Source: a virus (lineage: Duplodnaviria > Heunggongvirae > Uroviricota > Caudoviricetes). From it: a DNA stretch of 22,098 nucleotides. Every line of letters starts with the position of its first letter. Position 1 is the first letter of the stretch. The translations under genes and the position numbers were made by a program. Shown one piece after another: positions 1-6,318 of the stretch. A model generated the notes under the pieces. The model was not told the origin of the DNA, did not search any database, and was given only the letters and a program-made list of their open reading frames with translations. The stretch is taken from IMG/VR virus record IMGVR_UViG_2713896791_000015; one strand, 5' to 3'.

Positions 1-468
1 TATTCGCGGATCTGTTCCGGCGTCAGTTCATCAACGTACGCCAGGCCTTTATTGATCAGTTCAACAGCATAGGCATGGAGTTTGTCAAAATAATCGGAGG
101 AGTAACGGATGTTGCCAGACCAGTGAAAACCTAACCATTCAACGTCGTTTTTAATCGACTCGACGTACTCGATATCTTCTTTTACCGGGTTAGTGTCGTC
201 GAAACGCAGGTTGCACTGGCCTTTATANNNNNNNNNNNNNNNNNNNNNNNNNNNNNNNNNNNNNNNNNNNNNNNNNNAGGTTGCACTGGCCTTTATAGTC
301 CTGGGCGATCCCGAAGTTCAGGCAGATAGATTTCGCATGACCAATATGCAGATAGCCATTCGGTTCCGGCGGGAAACGGGTATGTACTGTGGTGTGCTTA
401 CCACTGGCCAGATCTTCATCGATGATCTGACGAATAAAGTTAGTCGGGCGGGCTTCTGCCTCACTCAT
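1..468 (-). CDS. glnS: Glutaminyl-tRNA synthetase, 5' portion (start codon at 468..466; 3' end runs off window start; reading frame interrupted by N-run 228..277)
   Basis: Minus-strand translation from 468 reads [63 protein letters not shown] with the class I aaRS HIGH motif; translation of 1..227 continues [32 protein letters not shown]..., matching my recollection of E. coli GlnS. The frame is restored if 228..297 (N-run plus one copy of the flanking 20-mer) is collapsed. Confidence 0.88.
228..277. other. Assembly gap (50 N) flanked by identical 20-mers AGGTTGCACTGGCCTTTATA at 208..227 and 278..297
   Basis: Run of N directly visible; the 20-nt perfect duplication on both sides is the pattern left by de Bruijn contig ends overlapping by k-1. 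Confidence 0.9.
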
Positions 469-628
469 TGTGGATTCCTCAAAGCGTAAACAACGTATAA
501 CAGCGTATGATCTTATAAGCCGAATAGGCTGACAACCACTAGTTGATTAGAAATTGCTTTCTATCGTTATTTCAATAATGAGCTTTTTCATGAAGCCCAC
601 TTTTGCGCATAAGTAAATTAATGACAAA

Positions 629-705
629 TGGTACACAATTGGAACCAAAAAGGATGTAAAGGTGCACCAAATTAGTGGTGTATTGGTGCACCTTTGGTTC
701 AAGAC
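629..705. repeat. Cluster of TGG-N2-CCA / GGTGCACC palindromic boxes downstream of the parA-RHH operon (candidate centromere or operator; includes 13-bp-arm inverted repeat 658..696)
   Basis: TGGTACAC (629), TGGAACCA (640), AAAGGTGCACCAA (658..670) and TTGGTGCACCTTT (684..696) forming a perfect inverted repeat, TGGTTCAA (696). The same box family recurs upstream of parA at 1826 and 1865. Confidence 0.45.
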
Positions 706-736
706 TTTTTAAGTTCTAAAACCAACCTGAAAGACT

Positions 737-1024
737 TTATTTTGCTTCCTCAGACTCCGCTAACATGAGGATAGCATGGCGGATCATATTCAATTTGCTG
801 CGATTATGCTTTTTACTTAACGCATCAAGTACTTGGTACTCGTATTCATTGAAACCAACACGAATAGATTTAAAATCACGTGGAGCGTCCTTATCGAGCA
901 CTTTGTTGTCTTCTGGTTGCTCACCCGGCACCAAATCAGCCTTACTGGCAAAATCCTCAATTCGGCGTTCAAGATCGGGGTCTTTTACTTCGGGGGCTTT
1001 TACCGATTTACGAGGCTTAATCAC
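737..1024 (-). CDS. parG: Small ParG-like ribbon-helix-helix centromere-binding partner of the ParA ATPase (GTG start overlapping parA stop)
   Basis: 95-aa ORF immediately downstream of and overlapping the ParA gene (GTGATTAA overlap); AAGGAG Shine-Dalgarno 7 nt upstream; C-terminal RHH-like segment SIRVGFNEYEYQVLDALSKKHNRSKLNMIRHAILMLAE; N-terminal basic, flexible tail. Confidence 0.6.
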   Translation of the reverse strand: MIKPRKSVKAPEVKDPDLERRIEDFASKADLVPGEQPEDNKVLDKDAPRDFKSIRVGFNEYEYQVLDALSKKHNRSKLNMIRHAILMLAESEEAK

Positions 1025-1658
1025 TTAATAACTCCTTAACCAACATCTGGATTTCACCTTTAGCTTTCCCGTTGTCCATCTCAACAACGCCCTTCCCTTC
1101 AGCCATGCAATCGCGGTAAACCTTACGATCACGAATGATGGTTTTCAGCAACTTCAGTTGCGGATATTCAGCCAAGTACTCTTTGGCCTCATTGGTTTCA
1201 TTCACAACCGGATTGGATGGGGCCATTGTTAAGACTGCGAACGCCTTAATGCTAGGATTAGGCATCAGGTCCAAAGCCTCTTCAAACACTTCAACAAAGT
1301 GTGCCAGCGTGTCTAAATCTGGTTGAGATGGTCTGAATGGGACCAACACAATATCTGCAGCGGTTATGCCTGTACGCATCTCTTTGCTATCGCGCCCGGC
1401 TGTATCAACAACTACAAATTCATAACGCTTATCCAGATCGAGAAGTGTTTCTCGAATATTACCAAACTTCTGGACACAATGAATTACAGGAGAAACCTCT
1501 GCCGTGTTACGGTCAGCTGCCCAGCGGGCAGCTGTTCCTTGCTTGTCTGCATCTAGTAACACTACATCCTTATTTGCGCGGGCAAGCTCCGCACAGATGT
1601 TTACGCTTGTGGTTGATTTTCCACAGCCACCTTTTTGGCTGACTACCAATATAATCAT
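1017..1658 (-). CDS. parA: ParA/ParF-type partition ATPase (small type Ib, deviant Walker A)
   Basis: Deviant Walker A QKGGCGKST near the N-terminus and the conserved Walker A' segment VVVDTAG; about 213 aa with no N-terminal HTH domain, hence the small type. Start moved to ATG at 1658, which has a GAGGAA SD 5 nt upstream; the ORF-track start at 1688 is a TTG. Confidence 0.85.
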   Translation of the reverse strand: MIILVVSQKGGCGKSTTSVNICAELARANKDVVLLDADKQGTAARWAADRNTAEVSPVIHCVQKFGNIRETLLDLDKRYEFVVVDTAGRDSKEMRTGITAADIVLVPFRPSQPDLDTLAHFVEVFEEALDLMPNPSIKAFAVLTMAPSNPVVNETNEAKEYLAEYPQLKLLKTIIRDRKVYRDCMAEGKGVVEMDNGKAKGEIQMLVKELLSD

Positions 1659-1739
1659 ATCCGTTCCTCGGTGTGATTTTGGTATCAAAACGGTTCCAGA
1701 TAAGAGCCTTTTTGATGCGGGACAGGCTCTATAATGGAG

Positions 1740-1900
1740 TCATTAATGTTTGGCAAAGTATAACATCAATCAGACCAAATACACCTTATATTGCATCCTA
1801 TTTAACACGAAATCAGCCCAAAATTGGAACCAGATACAAAATAACCCCATAACAGCACCTAAGTGGTACCAAACAAACACTAATTAGACACCATTAAGGC
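1740..1900. promoter_or_regulatory. Promoter/operator region of the parA operon with TGG-N2-CCA palindromic boxes
   Basis: AT-rich intergenic region upstream of parA containing TGGAACCA (1826..1833) and the perfect palindrome TGGTACCA (1865..1872), plus CAGACCAAAT (1771); same box family as 629..705. Confidence 0.4.
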
Positions 1901-1928
1901 ATAAAAAAGGCTGCAATTTGCAGCCTTA
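1899..1928 (-). terminator. Intrinsic terminator of the parMR operon
   Basis: Perfect 10-bp-arm hairpin AAGGCTGCAA-AT-TTGCAGCCTT at 1907..1928, 18 nt downstream of the parR stop; on the minus strand it is followed by TTTTTTAT (complement of 1899..1906). Confidence 0.7.
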
Positions 1929-1945
1929 AACCAGCACATCTTCTG

Positions 1946-2290
1946 TCAATCAGGTAGAGAGTCAGCTAGATTGCGCGCCGACGCGCTTTTGGCTACAAAT
2001 TGCTCCTTCACTGGCTCAATGGAGGCAGGGCGCTCCTCAACCGCAGCTGGTAGTTCCAGGAAGGATGCCAGCATTTTTCGGATCAGCTCCGGGTTATTGT
2101 CTTCGGTCAGCAGGGAAGCCAGTAATCCTGGAAGCCTGCTATCGACTTCTCCCAGCGCAAGCCCTGCCAACAATGCAGTTCTTGCCATATCGCTATGTTT
2201 TTTTATCTTCTCGCTCGCCGCCTTTTCATTGGCATAAGCCTCTGGGCGAAGATAAATCATCACTTTCTTACGTTCCTGAGACATGGACAT
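1946..2290 (-). CDS. parR: ParR-like centromere-binding adaptor of the ParM system
   Basis: 114-aa ORF 6 nt downstream of parM in the same operon; size and position match R1-type ParR; N-terminal region predicted RHH-like. A second ATG at 2284 has better SD spacing (GAGG then 7 nt). Confidence 0.55.
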   Translation of the reverse strand: MSMSQERKKVMIYLRPEAYANEKAASEKIKKHSDMARTALLAGLALGEVDSRLPGLLASLLTEDNNPELIRKMLASFLELPAAVEERPASIEPVKEQFVAKSASARNLADSLPD

Positions 2291-2296
2291 ACCTCG

Positions 2297-3253
2297 TTAA
2301 CCGATTGCTTTCAGGCCATGAACAAGAGCAAGTTGCGGGTCATCCGCCACGAAGAAACGGTCATCACGAATATTAACTTGCACGCGAATTGCATCTGCCA
2401 CCAGCGGTGCGCCACCACCGATCACCATGACATGCGTATATCCTTTAAAGTCGCCAATCACATCAAGAACGCGGGTACGCAGACGGTCAATGCTTGCGGC
2501 AATGGCCTTTTTCACATCACCAATCGCTGATGGGTCATTGATATTGTCGTTCAGATAATCTTCATCGTGGCGGTTAATAATGAGCTGATCCACATTGTAA
2601 TTTGACGTTTCGGTATTGGCCCTTGCAAGTGCTTGCCTTACTTCCCTGGTGACCAAGGATACACCAAGATTCGAATCGCCAAAAACACGGGAAACTGCCG
2701 TCATTTGTCCAGCGACCATTGAAACATCAAGGGTAGTTCCACCCAAATCGACGATAAGAACAGAGTGGGCAGGGTTCAGATTGTCGCACAGGCTAATTCC
2801 CGCCGGGATAGACTCCGGGCGTACCGTAACTTTCTTAATAGTGAATACATTGCCTTTATTCAGCGTGACGGGGCGCATAAGACTGGCTTTCTTGCGCTCG
2901 ATGTTATCGAGATTGTATTGCGCGTCGTCGTCGTAAAACTCTGCCAGAGGCAGCGTGACCACAATTTCTACTTCCTGCGGCTCAATACCGCTTGTCAGCA
3001 GGGCATGGTGAACAGCCAGGACGTTAAGCGGGCTGTATTGCCATTCCACATTATTCGTCGGCAGAACATCTGGCGATATCAAGTCGTATGAATACTTTTC
3101 GTCGTCAATGACATAGTTAAACGGCTTGCCCGCACCAAATGTTGCTGACCATCCGCGCTTAAAGCTGTTAGGGCTGATGTGAGTGCGAGTTTCCCCGTCG
3201 TGCTCCCACAGCATTTTGATATTGGTTGAACCATCATCGATAAAAATGCGCAT
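2297..3253 (-). CDS. parM: ParM / StbA actin-like plasmid segregation ATPase
   Basis: Actin-fold phosphate-1 motif MRIFIDDGSTNIKM at the N-terminus, LIVDLGGTTLDVSMV (phosphate-2) and HVMVIGGGA (adenosine motif); about 318 aa. Start set to ATG at 3253 (GGAG SD 7 nt upstream); the ORF-track start at 3277 is GTG. Confidence 0.85.
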   Translation of the reverse strand: MRIFIDDGSTNIKMLWEHDGETRTHISPNSFKRGWSATFGAGKPFNYVIDDEKYSYDLISPDVLPTNNVEWQYSPLNVLAVHHALLTSGIEPQEVEIVVTLPLAEFYDDDAQYNLDNIERKKASLMRPVTLNKGNVFTIKKVTVRPESIPAGISLCDNLNPAHSVLIVDLGGTTLDVSMVAGQMTAVSRVFGDSNLGVSLVTREVRQALARANTETSNYNVDQLIINRHDEDYLNDNINDPSAIGDVKKAIAASIDRLRTRVLDVIGDFKGYTHVMVIGGGAPLVADAIRVQVNIRDDRFFVADDPQLALVHGLKAIG

Positions 3254-3278
3254 CTTCTTGCTCCACTTCTGAGACACA

Positions 3279-3435
3279 TTTGAGAATCAAAATGTAATTT
3301 TAAAAGAGAAGCACCCAAAAATCCACACCAAACGAGATAAAAAAGAGCGCTTGTTGAGTTTATTTTGAGAATATCTTAATCACCCACTGAATGATGGTCT
3401 GATGGTGAGATTTATTTGAGAATGAATTGAGAATA
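3279..3435. repeat. parC-like centromere: direct repeats of TTGAGAAT upstream of parM
   Basis: TTTGAGAATCAA (3279), TTTTGAGAATATC (3364), TTTGAGAATGAATTGAGAATAC (3415..3436): at least four copies of TTGAGAAT in the region upstream of parM, where type II systems carry their centromere. Confidence 0.55.
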
Positions 3436-3519
3436 CAAAAATATTCCGAAATTTAACTCTCCGTTTGAATGACGAAATAACAAAGTGATGACAATAGGAG
3501 GATAACCAGGAGGTGAAGA

Positions 3520-3804
3520 ATGAGCGCAATAGCCACCAGCGACACCCTTTGTTCTGGTCACGGAGGATTTCCGCCGCGACTGGTAGCTGAAACCGTTCCC
3601 TGGTTCACCGTTAACGGTAAGCCAGTTGTTGTAGATGGTGCCATGTTTCCCAGTCACACTGACGGTAACAGTGCACATCCAGGGGCAGCTGTATCGACGC
3701 GAGTATGGTTTTCGATAGGTGGAAAGGGAGTTGTCTGTGTAGGCGATCCGCTTTCTTGTGGTTCTGTTATCGCCAACGGCGAGGATATTTTTCAGGTTGC
3801 ATAA
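3520..3804 (+). CDS. PAAR-domain protein (spike-tip sharpening protein of contractile injection machines)
   Basis: 94 aa; GGAGG SD 6 nt upstream of ATG; Gly/Cys/His-rich with PAAR-like segments (SGHGGFPP, PSHTDGNSAHPGAAVS, GDPLSCGSVIANG); size matches single-domain PAAR proteins such as T4 gp5.4. Confidence 0.65.
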   Translation: MSAIATSDTLCSGHGGFPPRLVAETVPWFTVNGKPVVVDGAMFPSHTDGNSAHPGAAVSTRVWFSIGGKGVVCVGDPLSCGSVIANGEDIFQVA

Positions 3805-4610
3805 TGCTTGATTCAATAGGTGAAGTTAAAGCCTTCAAAATTCTGTCAGATGCCGGTATCTCTACACCAGAATCTATAACCATAAGCCGGGCAGCTTCTG
3901 TAAAAGCCTCATCGCTCGCCAGCGCCATACAGGGAATAGTTCACGCCGATAAAACCTATCCTGATTCTGTTTCGGCCTGGACTACTCAATTGCTTGGCTT
4001 TTCTGAACAGCTCAATGAGGCCAGCAAAGCGTCTTCATTACTGGCTGATTCTCTTTCCCCATACACCAAGCCATCAGAGCTGTTACAGATGAAGATTGGC
4101 TGGGAATGCTACGCAAAAGGTAACGAGCTGACCCCCATACCTGCTTTCGCCCTTGTTGAGGGAATGGGGAATGTTTCCATTCCGCAATCTCTAACGGACG
4201 CATTGACGGCGCTAAAACTTGATGCTCTGAAAACCGCCATGAACGCCATTAACGCAAAAATTGAAGCTGCCGGAAGTGCTGGTGGTGGTGAAAGCGATGG
4301 TGGACAGGGTGGTGCTGGGGGCGCTCAGGCTCCAGTCATTACTCAGGATGAAATTGATGCTTTACGGGAAGCAGTGACAGCCGCCGAAGTTTTACTCTCC
4401 GAAATTAACTCAGCAAGTGAGGGTGTCGTAGCCCTTACAGGTCGCATTAAAACGTCAACCACTCAGGCAACCAAAGGTTTAGAGAACGCTGTCGCCATCA
4501 CGTTAACTGGTTCTCTACTGGATAATGCAGTAATGAGTCCGGCAATCAGTTTAATCATGCCACAAGGCGTTATCGATGCGCTCCAAAAGAACACCAAAAA
4601 GGAACCATAG
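3804..4610 (+). CDS. Hypothetical protein, translationally coupled to the PAAR gene (TAATG overlap); helical with internal Gly-rich linker
   Basis: In-frame ATG at 3804 overlapping the PAAR stop codon; 268 aa; linker AAGSAGGGESDGGQGGAGGAQAP separates two alanine-rich helical halves; no recognisable catalytic motif. The ORF-track start at 3705 lies inside the PAAR gene and is rejected. Confidence 0.55.
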   Translation: MLDSIGEVKAFKILSDAGISTPESITISRAASVKASSLASAIQGIVHADKTYPDSVSAWTTQLLGFSEQLNEASKASSLLADSLSPYTKPSELLQMKIGWECYAKGNELTPIPAFALVEGMGNVSIPQSLTDALTALKLDALKTAMNAINAKIEAAGSAGGGESDGGQGGAGGAQAPVITQDEIDALREAVTAAEVLLSEINSASEGVVALTGRIKTSTTQATKGLENAVAITLTGSLLDNAVMSPAISLIMPQGVIDALQKNTKKEP

Positions 4611-4665
4611 AAACACCACTTAGGCACACAATAGGATGTAAATTGGTACATGTTTAACACCAAAA

Positions 4666-5139
4666 ATGAACCTGAAGAGGATGGTTTTGAAAAAGATAAT
4701 TTTGATTGTAATTGCGCTTTTAGCCATTTCTGGAATTTACCGAACAACGACGGCAGTTATCGAACACATCAGGTATGTCCGATCGCTTGAAGACTCAAAA
4801 TCACAACTGGAAAGCACGAACAACACGCTTTCTACCGCATTACAGTTAAGTGAGAACGCTCGCTCAGCCATGCTGACCGAAAACGAAAGAATTAAAGCAC
4901 TGGAAAAGGAGTACCAGCGCAAAACAGCAGAACTGAATGCCAACCTAATCAAACAACGAGAGGAAAGCCAGAATGAAATCACTCGCCTTGAAAATGCGTT
5001 ACGCCGTGCTGGGATTAACGATGTGCGTGTGCCTGATGACGTTATCAGGATGCAGCGGGAACGGGCAAAAGCCATCAACCAGCGTGCCAGTGAAAATTAC
5101 CGTAGAAGCCACCAGCAAGCCGCAGGCAAATCTGATTGA
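4666..5139 (+). CDS. Rz-like i-spanin (inner-membrane spanin subunit)
   Basis: N-terminal transmembrane segment ILIVIALLAISGIY followed by a long charged coiled-coil periplasmic domain, about 150 aa; contains an overlapping lipoprotein gene in the +1 frame. The in-frame ATG at 4681 is an alternative start. Confidence 0.6.
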   Translation: MNLKRMVLKKIILIVIALLAISGIYRTTTAVIEHIRYVRSLEDSKSQLESTNNTLSTALQLSENARSAMLTENERIKALEKEYQRKTAELNANLIKQREESQNEITRLENALRRAGINDVRVPDDVIRMQRERAKAINQRASENYRRSHQQAAGKSD

Positions 5140-5305
5140 TTACTCCCCTTGTTTAGTGCCAGAGGACACGCCAGTGCTGTTAAACAAGTATCCGACATAC
5201 GCTGAACAGTTATTCAGCACGATCGACGAATGCAACCAACGAAACGCACTGAATAACCAAAGAAACAGGGAGATTTGGGAAGGGAAGGGGGATCAAGGCT
5301 CCTGA
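4973..5305 (+). CDS. Rz1-like o-spanin (outer-membrane lipoprotein), overlapped architecture
   Basis: Signal peptide MKSLALKMRYAVLGLTMCVCLMTLSGC with lipobox LSGC; begins inside the Rz-like gene in another frame and extends 166 nt past its stop. Longer and less proline-rich than classical Rz1, so the call is tentative. Confidence 0.5.
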   Translation: MKSLALKMRYAVLGLTMCVCLMTLSGCSGNGQKPSTSVPVKITVEATSKPQANLIDYSPCLVPEDTPVLLNKYPTYAEQLFSTIDECNQRNALNNQRNREIWEGKGDQGS

Positions 5306-5751
5306 AGCCAGATGTCCTGGCTGTCAGCTTCTTCGAAACCGTGACAGACGTTAAAGTCACTCAAGCGATACTGACGCTGACGGCCTCTATTTCGCTCATG
5401 CCAATGCATATATCCACCAGCAAATGCCAGCGGACAATCACTATAGTCTATGTAACCAATACCATTCCCCAAACGTGCTTCGCGCGCACCGGCTTTCCAG
5501 GACAGTAGAAAAGAGTCACGATCCGCCAGCATAACAACAAAATCGTCCGGATCTCCGATACAGTGAAGAATACCTGCCTTACATAACTGCTTGAGCGCTT
5601 TGGACTGGCTCAGGATGTCTTCTCCGTAATACTGAAAACAATCATCAACAACAGCGGGATAGCCTGCCGGGGGATTCAGGCTGGTTGGTATAGCTGACGC
5701 GATCGACAGCATTAAGCGATATTGTGTTTTTGATGGGTTAACGTGGCTCAT
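5293..5751 (-). CDS. Hypothetical protein (Cys/His-containing), second gene of a divergent accessory operon
   Basis: 152-aa ORF with AAGGGA SD 5 nt upstream of ATG at 5751; 16 nt downstream of the preceding minus-strand gene; opposite in orientation to the surrounding phage genes; contains HCIGDPDDF and GGYMHWHERNRG segments; no family recognised. Confidence 0.5.
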   Translation of the reverse strand: MSHVNPSKTQYRLMLSIASAIPTSLNPPAGYPAVVDDCFQYYGEDILSQSKALKQLCKAGILHCIGDPDDFVVMLADRDSFLLSWKAGAREARLGNGIGYIDYSDCPLAFAGGYMHWHERNRGRQRQYRLSDFNVCHGFEEADSQDIWLQEP

Positions 5752-5767
5752 TTTGTCCCTTGTTTAC

Positions 5768-6160
5768 TCATTGTCGCCATGCGTTTTTTAACTCAGGAAT
5801 ATCTGCCATTTCAATTAACTTGCGAAGTCCAGCACTGACTTTCCCATTACCAACCATAGCAAGCCAATCTCTTACTGCTTTCGGCATGTAGAGCGTTGCT
5901 GTTACCGGCTCTTCAACCCTGGCAGGACATCCGCATACAGGCCATTTAATTGATTCCATAACTTCGGAGGCTGGGGTGAGGGCGGGGACATTGAGTATAT
6001 CTCTACCAGAAAACTGGATAACGATCCGTTCAGCTAGCGAGAGTATCTCACTTTCGGCAAGAATTGATGCCAACTGCGCCTCAACAAGAAAGCGACTTGT
6101 TGTGTTCAGAGAGTGGCTCTTAGCGCCATTTTTATACGAAACAAAGATTCGATACGCCAT
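5768..6160 (-). CDS. Hypothetical protein with C-terminal RHH-like segment, first gene of the divergent accessory operon
   Basis: 130-aa ORF; C-terminal TATLYMPKAVRDWLAMVGNGKVSAGLRKLIEMADI has a beta-strand/helix/G-x-S turn/helix pattern typical of ribbon-helix-helix DNA binders; N-terminal 90 aa unassigned. Confidence 0.5.
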   Translation of the reverse strand: MAYRIFVSYKNGAKSHSLNTTSRFLVEAQLASILAESEILSLAERIVIQFSGRDILNVPALTPASEVMESIKWPVCGCPARVEEPVTATLYMPKAVRDWLAMVGNGKVSAGLRKLIEMADIPELKNAWRQ

Positions 6161-6318
6161 AACTCTAATGATTTGTGTTAGAAAACTAAAATTAAATCAC
6201 ATAACAACATGCGTGTTAATATATTTTATTTTACTAAGCCTATTGACTAAATCACAAAGTATGTATTGTTAGCACGTCAAAAGAACCTTCACGCCGCGCC
6301 CGAATTTAGGGCTTAACC

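Noticed and set aside
193-489. 98-aa plus-strand ORF containing X residues
   Set aside because: Antisense shadow of glnS spanning the N-run; no independent signal.
3412-3816. 134-aa minus-strand ORF overlapping the PAAR gene and the parC-like repeats
   Set aside because: Overlaps a well-supported plus-strand gene and a repeat array; no SD; likely a shadow ORF.
3705-4610. ORF-track start at 3705 for the gene after PAAR (301 aa)
   Set aside because: The upstream 33 codons lie inside the PAAR gene in another frame; the in-frame ATG at 3804 overlapping the PAAR stop (TAATG) is the more plausible start.
3470-6275. Possible shared promoter motif ACAAAGTRTG upstream of plus-strand operons (3477 and 6252) and AAATCACA near 6170, 6249 and 14875
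   Set aside because: Only two or three short, imperfect instances; cannot separate from chance without a search across the full genome and relatives.
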